Position numbers and translations under genes: made by a program. 64,000 bases of DNA from a virus (lineage: Duplodnaviria; Caudoviricetes). Positions 34,259 through 43,670 of the stretch are shown piece by piece (within the stretch, counting starts at the first letter, position 1; the number at the start of each line of letters is the position of its first letter). Below the pieces are notes generated by a model, which saw nothing but the letters and a program-made list of their open reading frames with translations, was not told the DNA's origin and did not search any database. The stretch covers positions 1,122 through 65,121 of IMG/VR virus record IMGVR_UViG_3300018080_000179; one strand, given 5' to 3'.

Positions 34259-35725
34259 ATGTATCCAGTACTGGACACAAAGCAGTTTGAGAACCATGGG
34301 GATGGTTTCGGTTCATCCAATCCCCAGGTTGTCAGCGAACTCAACAAAGCCCTCACAGCGGGCTACGCAAGCGATCCGGCAAGCCAGTCGGATGGCGGGG
34401 CACTTCGTGTTGAGGCCCTCGACGCAACACTCAAAATTGTATCCTTCATGCAGAAGAATATCGTTTTCTACAACGACATTCCCAAGTCGAAGGCGTACAA
34501 CACCGTGGAAGAATACAACATGCTTTCCAAGTATGGTGGACGCGGTGGTTTCTTCATCAACGAAGGCGGCCTTCCCAGAACGGACGACAGTTCGTATCAA
34601 AGGAAGGTACAGTACGTGAAGTTCATGGGGACAACCCGTGAAATCACGCACCCCATGCTTCTCGTCAAGCCCGCGCACGGAAACGTGGTCGCGCTTGAAA
34701 CCAAAAACGGCACCATGTGGATGCTGGAGCGTCTGGAAGACAACCTCTTCCACGGAGATGCTTCGGTCATCAGCCAGTCGTTCAACGGCCTCCGCAAGCA
34801 GGCAATTGACGGCTATTCCGATCCCGACACGGCAGGCGACGGCAAGCCCGACGTCTCGCTTGAGCACATCATCGACCTCCGCGACAAGCCCCTCACCGAG
34901 GGAGTTTTTGCAGAGGCCTCCCGTGTGCTTCTGTCAAACTACATGTTCCCCACTGCCTGTTATCTCAACCATGAGAACCACAGGGACTACAACGTGGGAT
35001 TCTTCTCCAAGGGTCGCTACGGGATACCAGTGGGCAAGGAAATGGAAACAGGGTTCGACAGCCGCAGGGTCAAAACCTCCGGCGGAACCATCCAGCTTCG
35101 CCCGGACGTATTCCTGAGAACCGATCAGGTTGCTCCTGCTGCGGCAGACAACCCCTCGGCACCTACGGCTCCGGCCACGGTGACCGTCACGGTTCAGGCC
35201 AAGTCCACTTCAAGGGGATTCCTCCCGGCTGAATTCGCCACCTACGCCTACGAGGTGACGGCCATTTCCAGAAATGGTGAATCAGCAGCCACTGCCGGAA
35301 ACGTCAGTGCGGTTGTTGCAGCCGCTGGGGCCAGTGATGAAGTCAAGCTCGTCATCGCACGCGGTGCGGTTTCAGGCAACGACCTCACACAGGGCTACAA
35401 GATCTACCGGACACGCATCTCGGACGGTGCGGCTGGTACCAAGTATCTTGTCGCTGAGATTCCAAGCTCGGGCGCTTCGACAGACTTCCTCGACGGCAAC
35501 GAGACTCTTCCGGGTCTTGGAACTGCCTATCTTGGACAGTATGACGAAACGGTCCTTACGCTTCGTGAACTGAGCCCAATGCTCAAATTCCCTCTTGCAA
35601 CCGTGGCTTCAAGCATCCGCTGGATGCAGCTTGTATACAATACGCCCATTGTATTCAGGCCAAGGGGAATTGTGATCATCAAGAACATCGGTCGCCTTTC
35701 GGTTCCAAATCTGATTGGCCCGTAG
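34259..35725 (+). CDS. major capsid protein (SPO1/Twort-like)
   Basis: ELNK|ALTAGY...GGALRVEALD leader, NTVEEYN, LFHGD...FNGL, IIDLRD, and an Fn3-like insertion (YAYEVTA...GES...YKIYR). Confidence 0.96.
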   Translation: MYPVLDTKQFENHGDGFGSSNPQVVSELNKALTAGYASDPASQSDGGALRVEALDATLKIVSFMQKNIVFYNDIPKSKAYNTVEEYNMLSKYGGRGGFFINEGGLPRTDDSSYQRKVQYVKFMGTTREITHPMLLVKPAHGNVVALETKNGTMWMLERLEDNLFHGDASVISQSFNGLRKQAIDGYSDPDTAGDGKPDVSLEHIIDLRDKPLTEGVFAEASRVLLSNYMFPTACYLNHENHRDYNVGFFSKGRYGIPVGKEMETGFDSRRVKTSGGTIQLRPDVFLRTDQVAPAAADNPSAPTAPATVTVTVQAKSTSRGFLPAEFATYAYEVTAISRNGESAATAGNVSAVVAAAGASDEVKLVIARGAVSGNDLTQGYKIYRTRISDGAAGTKYLVAEIPSSGASTDFLDGNETLPGLGTAYLGQYDETVLTLRELSPMLKFPLATVASSIRWMQLVYNTPIVFRPRGIVIIKNIGRLSVPNLIGP

Positions 35726-35746
35726 GATGACGCTGTAAGAAATTCG

Positions 35747-35772
35747 GGAGGGGCGTGCGAGCGCCCCTTCTT
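35747..35772 (+). terminator. GC-rich GNRA hairpin after MCP (terminator or mRNA stabiliser)
   Basis: GGAGGGGCGT-GCGA-GCGCCCCTTC; weak U tail. Confidence 0.6.
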
Positions 35773-35790
35773 ACAATCCTGGAGTATGTG

Positions 35791-36006
35791 ATGAGATTAC
35801 AAAATGAAATGATGGCAGGACAGAAGCTCGGCACGGACAAGGGTGTTGTCGAAGTCAGCAAGGAAGGCTTTGTTGAAGTTGAAGACAAGGCTGTCGCGTC
35901 GGCTCTCAAGGCTTCAGGCTTCAAGCTCGTTGGCAAGCCCAAGCCAGCACCGCAGCAGGCCCAGCAGTCGGGAAAGAAGGACGGCAAGCAACCAGGCAAA
36001 AAGTAA
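35791..36006 (+). CDS. small basic head-associated protein
   Basis: Directly after MCP; SD GGAG. Confidence 0.7.
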   Translation: MRLQNEMMAGQKLGTDKGVVEVSKEGFVEVEDKAVASALKASGFKLVGKPKPAPQQAQQSGKKDGKQPGKK

Positions 36007-36017
36007 GGATGTAGATT

Positions 36018-36416
36018 ATGGTACAGGAATTGAGTCCTACAGATCATATGACGACGGAAGAGATGCTTCGAAAGGAGCATTCATCTGCATCCAGAGCGAG
36101 AAAGGTTATCAACGCCCCGGTTGCCTTTGCGACCCACGGCGCTGCCGACAGATCCATTGATCCGATCAATGCGACCGTGACGGCCGCCTCTGCTGAAATG
36201 GACATGGATAGAAACAAGGTCTATCGGCTGGTTTCATCTGTGGACATGCATTTCAGGATGAGCAAGGGCACATCTGCTGCCGTGACAACCGACATATTTC
36301 TCGCCGCCGGACAACCTATCGTTATTCAGTCGGGTGAAATATGGGACAAGGTGAGTGTGATAAAGGCGGCATCGGCGACAGCGGACGGATTGGCGCAGAT
36401 AACGGAGATGGTCTGA
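36018..36416 (+). CDS. virion structural protein (possible decoration)
   Basis: Beta-rich 132 aa within the head operon. Confidence 0.7.
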   Translation: MVQELSPTDHMTTEEMLRKEHSSASRARKVINAPVAFATHGAADRSIDPINATVTAASAEMDMDRNKVYRLVSSVDMHFRMSKGTSAAVTTDIFLAAGQPIVIQSGEIWDKVSVIKAASATADGLAQITEMV

Positions 36417-36643
36417 AAAGAAACCCGTATGTAACGGTCAACTATCTCTTTGCTACTTACCTGCAGACTGAAGAAGCCGGACGCCACAAGATAAGGAAAG
36501 TCGAGAAAATAAAGCCGGGACGGGCTAAGTTTTTTTTCGACATAACCGAAAAGGAAGCTGAAGAACTAAAGTTCAAGTTCCACAACAGCTCCTGCTCGGA
36601 GTTTGAACGGTTGAGGAAAGTAACCATTGACCTATCTTATTAG
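36413..36643 (+). CDS. DUF5659-like hypothetical protein (start uncertain, possibly CTG)
   Basis: TVNYLFATYL...GRAKFFF pattern; no ATG/GTG after the upstream stop. Confidence 0.5.
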   Translation: MKRNPYVTVNYLFATYLQTEEAGRHKIRKVEKIKPGRAKFFFDITEKEAEELKFKFHNSSCSEFERLRKVTIDLSY

Positions 36644-36652
36644 GGCGGGAAA

Positions 36653-37441
36653 ATGTCAAATGACGGCACCGCATACAACATCCGGCCTCGATCAACAGAC
36701 CAGTTGGTCTCCGCACAATTTGTAAGAGAAAACTTCCTGTTTGGCGTAAACCTGAAGGACGATGACGGCAATGAGATGCCGGATTCTCTTATCAACCTGT
36801 ACATCAAGTCGGCCACGCGGTTCATCCAAAGAAAACTCGGTGGGGTCTTGCTGTTCCCAACAGCAGTTGAAAACGAGGCCCATGACTACTACTTCACGGA
36901 CTACACGCAGTTCGGCCACGTAAAGCTGCACCATTATCCGGTCAAGAAGGTTACCCGCTACAGTGTTCAGTTCCCGCTGACAAGCGAGGTGATCAGCTTT
37001 GATCCGGCATGGTTTGTAACCGATTCGGTCGGTGCACAGGTCAACCTTATTCCAAGGCAGGGAACACTGTCTTCCATTCTGATGGGACAGGGTGGACAGT
37101 TTATACCCATTCTCCATACGGCCCGCGATTATCTCCCCTATGTGATCTTTGTGGATTACGAATGCGGGTTTGATCAGAACGAAGTGGACGAGGACATTCT
37201 GGAAATCATAGGCATGAAGGCGGCCATGGGGCCGTTGAACATAGCCGGTGACCTTATTGCCGGGGCTGGCATTGCAAGCAAGTCCATAGGCATAGACGGT
37301 CTTTCACAGTCCATAGGGACCACATCCAGCGCAACCAACTCCGGCTACGGAGCGCGGATACTCCAGTATCAGAAGCATATTGATTCGATGATATCGGACA
37401 TCAGAAACAACCTGACCGGGATTCAAATGGTGGTCGCGTAA
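36653..37441 (+). CDS. head-tail connector/neck protein
   Basis: LFGVNL, EAHDYY, VDYECG, IAGAGIASKSIGIDGLSQSIGTT...YGARI. Confidence 0.88.
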   Translation: MSNDGTAYNIRPRSTDQLVSAQFVRENFLFGVNLKDDDGNEMPDSLINLYIKSATRFIQRKLGGVLLFPTAVENEAHDYYFTDYTQFGHVKLHHYPVKKVTRYSVQFPLTSEVISFDPAWFVTDSVGAQVNLIPRQGTLSSILMGQGGQFIPILHTARDYLPYVIFVDYECGFDQNEVDEDILEIIGMKAAMGPLNIAGDLIAGAGIASKSIGIDGLSQSIGTTSSATNSGYGARILQYQKHIDSMISDIRNNLTGIQMVVA

Positions 37442-38196
37442 TGGCAAAGAACACTTATCCAAAACCTACCAGAAAACCCGGACGGGTGAGCCTGGTAATC
37501 GACGAATTCAACAACCTGATAGAAGATCAGGGGATCATGGTTCGCGTCACTCCATCGGTGATCTGTCCAAGGCGGACGGGTGAGGTGGAGGACAACATGA
37601 ATATAAACCACGACCTGAACTGCCCCATTTGTCATGGCAGAAGCGTGGTAGACCTTGACCATCTGGCGCAGGACGACTGGGCCTTTATTCAGGGCATCAC
37701 ACTGGACAAGACATTTACCGAGTCATCCCGGTACGACATGAAGGATGCCTTCATGACCTTCCGGTCCCCGCTTCGGGTAAGCTACTGGTATAAAATCGAA
37801 ATCATCGACTTCGGTTCACAGTTCAACGAGTTGATTCACAAGAACGGGAAGGAGACACGGGACAGGATAAGGTACCCGGCCCTTGACCCTGAAGACGGCA
37901 ATATATTTGCACTGATAGATGGCGCGGGTGACACCTATGAGCTTGGCACGGACTACGATATCAACGGCCAGTACATAGAGTGGAAGACGGCACGGATGCC
38001 TCCAGAAGACAGGCTTTTCTCATTTCTTTATCCGGTGCTTCCCACGTTCCGTGTTTTGGATCTGCCACACGAGAACCGCTACTATTACGACAGCGACAAG
38101 AATCCTGTGAAGGTGCCGGAGCAACTGCCACAGCAGGCTCACATCCGGTGGGACTTCATGGCTGTGGGGAGTGGAAGTGATATCGCTCAAGTCTAA
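37441..38196 (+). CDS. neck/head-closure protein
   Basis: ICPR...CPICHG motif; position in the neck cluster. Confidence 0.75.
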   Translation: MAKNTYPKPTRKPGRVSLVIDEFNNLIEDQGIMVRVTPSVICPRRTGEVEDNMNINHDLNCPICHGRSVVDLDHLAQDDWAFIQGITLDKTFTESSRYDMKDAFMTFRSPLRVSYWYKIEIIDFGSQFNELIHKNGKETRDRIRYPALDPEDGNIFALIDGAGDTYELGTDYDINGQYIEWKTARMPPEDRLFSFLYPVLPTFRVLDLPHENRYYYDSDKNPVKVPEQLPQQAHIRWDFMAVGSGSDIAQV

Positions 38197-38968
38197 AATT
38201 GAAAACATGGGCTACAACGCCGACCTGATATCAGCGTCGGTGACGGAGTCGTTCAGGACGGCAGTGGCCGGACTTGCGAACGCTGCCCATGCTGAATGGA
38301 TAAGACTTGCACAGGAGCGCCTTAGAACCTCCGCAGACATTTACATCAACGGCCTCCAGCAGTCGGACAGTTTTACCACGCGCTATGAGCGCACCGAACC
38401 CTACTACGACATTACCCTTGTTGGCCGCATGGCGAACAACATCGAATACGGCATGGACCCGTTTGACATGAAGGCGATCAGACCGGGCTGGCTTGGCGGA
38501 AGCAAGGCCAGGGTGAACAAGAAGGGTCAGTCCTATGTGGTCATTCCCTTCAGGCATTCCACAGGCCCAAGCAGGCGGTTCGCCTATTCAGGCAGGGCTG
38601 CAGCCATGGGTCTTCAGAACAAGCTGAAAAGAACGGTCAGGGAATATGGCCTGAACAAGATGATTCGCGGGGCGCGGGGGAATGTGATTCCCGGTCCTGT
38701 AAAGCGGGTTCCGAAGCGGGCACCCATACACGAGTACCTTCGGGGGATCACCAGGGTCCAGCAGGTCGCAAGAGGCACCACATCCAGAGGCCTTCAGCGC
38801 GGGTCTTCCCAGCTAATCACCTGGCGGGTCATGAGCGAGGCTTCAAGTCCGGAGTCATGGCAGCATCCGGGGATTGAAGCAAAGAATCTTCTGGAGGAGG
38901 TCAAGCAGTGGGTGGACAGGGAAATGGAAAGGGTTGTTGACACGGTTATGGCGGGGGTTACGGTTTAA
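38171..38968 (+). CDS. neck/tail-completion protein
   Basis: IEYGMDPFDMK, YVVIPFRH, TWRVMS...SWQHPG. Confidence 0.8.
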   Translation: MEVISLKSKIENMGYNADLISASVTESFRTAVAGLANAAHAEWIRLAQERLRTSADIYINGLQQSDSFTTRYERTEPYYDITLVGRMANNIEYGMDPFDMKAIRPGWLGGSKARVNKKGQSYVVIPFRHSTGPSRRFAYSGRAAAMGLQNKLKRTVREYGLNKMIRGARGNVIPGPVKRVPKRAPIHEYLRGITRVQQVARGTTSRGLQRGSSQLITWRVMSEASSPESWQHPGIEAKNLLEEVKQWVDREMERVVDTVMAGVTV

Positions 38969-39684
38969 TGCAGGACAGGTACCCAAAAGATCCGGTTGAG
39001 AGCACTTGTCGTTTTGGCTTTCTGCCAATCGACATGATTCTCGAAATCGTGCTTGAGGCCGGGATGGACTGGTTCCGTGCAACACCGGAGGCTCAGAATC
39101 TTGTCTATGGCCAGCTTGACCGGCCGCTTCTGGCCACACGGTATGGTGCAAACAAGATTCAGGAGATCGGCGACTATATTAGAAACACCAAGATAAAGGT
39201 GATTCAGGGCTTCCCACTGGCGGCAGAAACTTCACCCATATTCTCCCTCAACCTTGCCAGCGCAATTGAGTTTGACCAGCACGCCGGTCTGGATAATTTT
39301 GCCGGAGAACTCGACACGCTTGACAGCCAGGAAAATGTAGTCGGGAGAAGTGAAATAGGATATTCTGCTATTAAGGAAGACATCCTGATCGGAGTACATG
39401 CAGCAGGGTCGCCGGACAAGGTTAAATATATGTATCTTCTGGCCCTTTACCTGCTCGGAGCATATCACGATCAGCTAGAGGAAGAGGGAATGTTCAACAT
39501 GACTTTCAGGGCTACGGATCTTTCGAGGTTGAACGAGTACCTTCCGGCCAACATGTTTTCAAGATTCATTACCGCATCTTTTGAAACCTTCGCCCGCGTC
39601 AACAAGGGTGAGGTTCCGATTGCGACTGAAATCATCACGGATGTCGAAATGGAGGTCAGTGCAGACCTTCCGACTGGAGGATAA
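38968..39684 (+). CDS. tail terminator/completion protein
   Basis: Position before the sheath; acidic; TAATG coupling. Confidence 0.65.
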   Translation: MQDRYPKDPVESTCRFGFLPIDMILEIVLEAGMDWFRATPEAQNLVYGQLDRPLLATRYGANKIQEIGDYIRNTKIKVIQGFPLAAETSPIFSLNLASAIEFDQHAGLDNFAGELDTLDSQENVVGRSEIGYSAIKEDILIGVHAAGSPDKVKYMYLLALYLLGAYHDQLEEEGMFNMTFRATDLSRLNEYLPANMFSRFITASFETFARVNKGEVPIATEIITDVEMEVSADLPTGG

Positions 39685-39685
39685 A

Positions 39686-40012
39686 ATGTCAGAAGAAAAG
39701 AAGTTTTCAAAGAAAAAGACGGTAAAGAAGAAGGTGGCAAAGAAGGCCAAGGCACCTACCAAGGCTTTCAGTGTTGAAAAGAAGATCGATGAGATTCGGA
39801 AGTCAAAGCTTCCGAAAGCCGTCAAGGCCAGGTACATCGAGGAGGTCGCGGGACCGGTGGAACCGGCAGGCCCGAAGATTCTTTTCAGCGTTTACGCCAG
39901 GAAGAAGGGAATAAGAAAAAGCATGCACGCCGGGATGCTTGCCTTTCCGAAGGCAAAGGGTGTCCGCATGGCTACGGTTCAGGAGTGGGACGCAATTTTC
40001 AAGGGTTTCTAA
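39686..40012 (+). CDS. small Lys-rich protein
   Basis: ATG after GGAGG; ends EWDAIFKGF, typical of the small gene before the sheath. Confidence 0.7.
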   Translation: MSEEKKFSKKKTVKKKVAKKAKAPTKAFSVEKKIDEIRKSKLPKAVKARYIEEVAGPVEPAGPKILFSVYARKKGIRKSMHAGMLAFPKAKGVRMATVQEWDAIFKGF

Positions 40013-40027
40013 AGGGAGGAATAGACG

Positions 40028-42166
40028 ATGTCTATAAAACGCACATTTAATGGTGCGACCGTCAGCAAGCCAGGGGCTTACTCGGCGGTCAAGGTCCAGA
40101 ACCTCACAGGGTACCCGCTTCAGCCAACCGGGACTGTAGGTCTCATAGGTGAGGCGGTCGGCGGGGAGCCAAGGGTTCTTGACATTCTGGAGGGGCCACA
40201 GATTCAGGCCGCAAAGGAAAGGTACAAGAGTGGGACCATCGCTGACGGCCTGGGACTTGTTGCGGAGCCTTCAAAGGATCCGAGGGTTCCGAACGGAGCC
40301 AGCAAGGTCGTCATCTACAAGCCAAACAACTCCACACGGTCTGCCTATTCGCTCGCCAGCACCATTTCGGGCGATCTGGTCGACCTGCTTTCGGAGAACT
40401 GGGGAGCCGACGAGAACAACCTGAACGTGGTTGTCTCCGAGGGTCAGACCGAAGGCGCAGATGCGAAGCTGCTCGGCACCATTGACGGCCCGTTCACGGT
40501 CGCCAACGGCCAGACGCTGATCATCGACATTTTTGGAACAACCTATACCTTCACCAACACTCTCGTAGGTTCACAGACCGCAGCAGCCATGCAGGCGGAA
40601 CTGGACACCGTGGGAAGATGGGCACCATCCAAGCCGACAATTGCCTCGGTGAATGGGAACAAGGTTGACCTCACCATTGACACGGGAGCAATCAGTGGTT
40701 CCAAGGAGGACTACGGCTACCTTTCAGTGGACGCCACATCAACCATTGACACCATCCTGGGCATCACCGGGACTGTTCGCGGCCTCAAGGGATCGAGATT
40801 CCTTACGTTTGTCAAGGGAAGCGAAGAAGAGGATGCGCTTCAGGAGCTTGGCGGCCCGGATGTGATGAGCATCAAGTATGTTGGTGCAGCCACTTCCTGC
40901 AAGTTGAAAATCGAGGACTCCGGTGGAGACAGAAAGCTCACTACGGACTGCCTTGGTGTTGCAGCGGACAACCTTGACATTACCCTGGGCGAGACGCTTG
41001 ACGGCGAGCTTCGACCCAAGATTACCGTCAAGGAGCTTGTGGACGTCATCAACGGAAATGCGAAGTATGAGGCATCGACCACGTACTCCAATCCGGATGT
41101 GAACGCCATTGATCTTGACTACTACACCGACTTCCAGATTGAAGCGGTTGCTGGAATCCTGAAGCGGGACATTCAGGATCTTGTCAACTTCCTTAACACC
41201 CAGAGCGATCTGGTTGTTGCCGAAAGGAAGTCCAACGTAATCGGAACGGTTGCGCTGGTTGCAAGCCCTGCCTTCTTCACGGGCGGCACGGACGGCACAT
41301 CAACCAACTCCGACTGGGGCGACGGCTTTGATGCCTTCAGGCTCGAAAGGATCAACACGGTTGTTCCACTGATTTCGGCTGACAAGGGGTCGTTGTCGGT
41401 TGACTCCATCAACGCCCTTTGCACATCCCATGTGATCGCCATGACCTCGACGGCAGGAAGATCTGAAAGGAATGCCTACTGTTCGAAGCTGGGGACCAAG
41501 GATGAATACAAGGCGGCAGCGCTGTCAATTTCAAGTGGCCTTGTCTCGCTCACGGGACAGGACATTCAGGTCTACAGCTACAGCAACGCGCAGCTTCAGT
41601 ACATGGACCCATGGGCATACGCATGCGTCTGTGCCGGAATGCAGGCCGGTTCTCCGGTCGGTGAGCCGATCACCCACAAGCTGCTGAATATCAACGGCCT
41701 TCGTGTTCGTGATGGATCATGGGATCCAAAGATCGACTACGCGGAGATGATTGATGCGGGCTGTACCTTTGCAGAGCCGCTTGATCAGGGTGGCTACAGA
41801 ACCGTTGTGGGCAATACCACTTACGGAAAGGACGCGAGCTTCGTCTGGAACAGGAGTTCCGTTATCGAGGCTGGCTACTATGTGGCCTACGACCTTCGGT
41901 TCAACCTGGAGGCGGAGTACACGGGAACAAAGGCAAGAACTGCAACGGCGACCAATATCGCCGGTTCCGTAAGGACCAGAATGGAGGTTTACCTCAACGC
42001 TGAGATTATCGTCGGAGACGATCTCAACGCTGGCAAGGGATACAAGAACCTCCGGGTTACATTCTCGTCCGGGACAGCGGCGATCAATGTGGTTGTTACT
42101 CCGGTACAGGGTATCGACTTCATTCTGCCAACCATTTACCTGGCAGACATCCAGCAAAGTGCGTAA
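40028..42166 (+). CDS. contractile tail sheath protein
   Basis: KPGAYS, LIGEAVGGEP, NWGADEN, FTGGTDG, VGEPITHK, IDFI. Confidence 0.95.
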   Translation: MSIKRTFNGATVSKPGAYSAVKVQNLTGYPLQPTGTVGLIGEAVGGEPRVLDILEGPQIQAAKERYKSGTIADGLGLVAEPSKDPRVPNGASKVVIYKPNNSTRSAYSLASTISGDLVDLLSENWGADENNLNVVVSEGQTEGADAKLLGTIDGPFTVANGQTLIIDIFGTTYTFTNTLVGSQTAAAMQAELDTVGRWAPSKPTIASVNGNKVDLTIDTGAISGSKEDYGYLSVDATSTIDTILGITGTVRGLKGSRFLTFVKGSEEEDALQELGGPDVMSIKYVGAATSCKLKIEDSGGDRKLTTDCLGVAADNLDITLGETLDGELRPKITVKELVDVINGNAKYEASTTYSNPDVNAIDLDYYTDFQIEAVAGILKRDIQDLVNFLNTQSDLVVAERKSNVIGTVALVASPAFFTGGTDGTSTNSDWGDGFDAFRLERINTVVPLISADKGSLSVDSINALCTSHVIAMTSTAGRSERNAYCSKLGTKDEYKAAALSISSGLVSLTGQDIQVYSYSNAQLQYMDPWAYACVCAGMQAGSPVGEPITHKLLNINGLRVRDGSWDPKIDYAEMIDAGCTFAEPLDQGGYRTVVGNTTYGKDASFVWNRSSVIEAGYYVAYDLRFNLEAEYTGTKARTATATNIAGSVRTRMEVYLNAEIIVGDDLNAGKGYKNLRVTFSSGTAAINVVVTPVQGIDFILPTIYLADIQQSA

Positions 42167-42192
42167 TTCCTAAGAGGAAGGGAGTATAAGCC

Positions 42193-42618
42193 ATGACTAC
42201 AGTAATGACAGGCTCACGGGCGCAGTTCTCGATTGGAGCGAGAAAGATAGCCTTTGCCTCAAATGTTTCCTTCAATGAAAACATCCAGTATGAACCAATC
42301 AACGTGTTGGACAAGCTGGAGGTGGAGGAGCACGCAGAGGTAGGCTACACTGTCGATCTCCAGTGTCAGAACTTTCGTGTCCCGGACAGTTCAGTCAAGC
42401 AGCTTGGTATCATGTCAAAGCTGAAGCAGATCCTCACGCAGGGCGAGCTTCAGGCACAGGTTGTTGACAAGAATACCGAAGCATCACTCCTTCTCATGAC
42501 CGGAGTAAAACTCCAGGCGCGTCAGACCACGGTCGACGCACGCGGTGTCATGACGGAGACATGGTCGTTTGTCGGAAGGCAGTCGCAGGACGAGTCTGAA
42601 GACGATACGGCTACTTGA
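42193..42618 (+). CDS. tail tube protein
   Basis: 141 aa after the sheath; VMTGSRA...PINVL...EHAEVGY. Confidence 0.88.
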   Translation: MTTVMTGSRAQFSIGARKIAFASNVSFNENIQYEPINVLDKLEVEEHAEVGYTVDLQCQNFRVPDSSVKQLGIMSKLKQILTQGELQAQVVDKNTEASLLLMTGVKLQARQTTVDARGVMTETWSFVGRQSQDESEDDTAT

Positions 42619-42710
42619 TCTTTCATCGAAGTAAACCTTATCCGGAAGGTTGATGCCGGAAGGGACGTGCGATTCGTCCTTACATTAATTTCAAGTGTAA
42701 GAGGTAAAAA

Positions 42711-43217
42711 ATGAACAACAAGAAAAGCGCCCTTCCAAATATGGATTTTACATTCAAGATCCAGATGGAAGGAGCCGAGACAGGTGTCAACTGGGTTGGA
42801 GACTTTGTTTACCGCAGACCTTCACTCGGTGCCAGAAGCCGGATCGCCGCCCTCAGAAACCAGCTCAACGGAAGCGTCGAAGTCATGGACGACCCGGAAG
42901 TTGAGGACTTCAATCACGCCATATCTCATCTCAGACACACACTGACAGACTTCCCCCAATGGTGGTTTGACGCTGCCTATGGGATGGAACTGCATGATGG
43001 AAATGTTGTGAGTGAGGTTTACAACAAGTGCATGGACTTTGAAAAGCGCTGGAGGCTCAAGGTCCATGGGGGAAGTCACAAGGACGTAGAGGTCGGCAAT
43101 GACAATCCAATCGAATCAGCAGGGAACGAGAGTACGATTAAGGAACCAGCCGTTAATCCCACGAATGCGGTTCCACAATCTTCCGGAGATGCTGGAAGGC
43201 AAGCTGCTCAACAATGA
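42711..43217 (+). CDS. tail assembly chaperone
   Basis: WVGDFVYRRPS...FPQWW; position between the tube and TMP. Confidence 0.75.
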   Translation: MNNKKSALPNMDFTFKIQMEGAETGVNWVGDFVYRRPSLGARSRIAALRNQLNGSVEVMDDPEVEDFNHAISHLRHTLTDFPQWWFDAAYGMELHDGNVVSEVYNKCMDFEKRWRLKVHGGSHKDVEVGNDNPIESAGNESTIKEPAVNPTNAVPQSSGDAGRQAAQQ

Positions 43218-43668
43218 CAATCTGCACAGGATTGCCATTTCAAACATACAGGACCAGGAATACCGTCTTAAGAGGTGGTGGCGGAAAAAATGGAAGCGCC
43301 CCGAAAAAGAACTCGACGACATGACCATAGAGGAGGTCTTCCTCGAAAACCTGGAGGACTACTATGAAGCGGACGAACGGCGCATTGAGGAATTCCATTC
43401 TTCTCTTCAGGCGGAAGACGAGGAGGAGTGGGACGGGGAGTTCAGTGAAGAGGCGGAGAAGAGGCTTGAGGAGGAGCGCCGTCGTGTCTTCGGTGACAAG
43501 GACGACGTCCTTGAGAAATATGTAACTGAAAGTGACAAGTATCTTACGGATGAAGAAATCGCACGGATGATGGATAATGTTGGCAAGGATCTACCAGGAT
43601 CGAGAAAGAAGAAGAAAGAGGCCCCGGTGATGGGTGACGATGAGTTTGAGGACATTTTTGGAGACTAG
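43099..43668 (+). CDS. second tail assembly chaperone (acidic; start uncertain)
   Basis: RWWRKKW...LDDMTIEE motif; immediately precedes the TMP. Confidence 0.65.
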   Translation: MTIQSNQQGTRVRLRNQPLIPRMRFHNLPEMLEGKLLNNDNLHRIAISNIQDQEYRLKRWWRKKWKRPEKELDDMTIEEVFLENLEDYYEADERRIEEFHSSLQAEDEEEWDGEFSEEAEKRLEEERRRVFGDKDDVLEKYVTESDKYLTDEEIARMMDNVGKDLPGSRKKKKEAPVMGDDEFEDIFGD

Positions 43669-43670
43669 GA

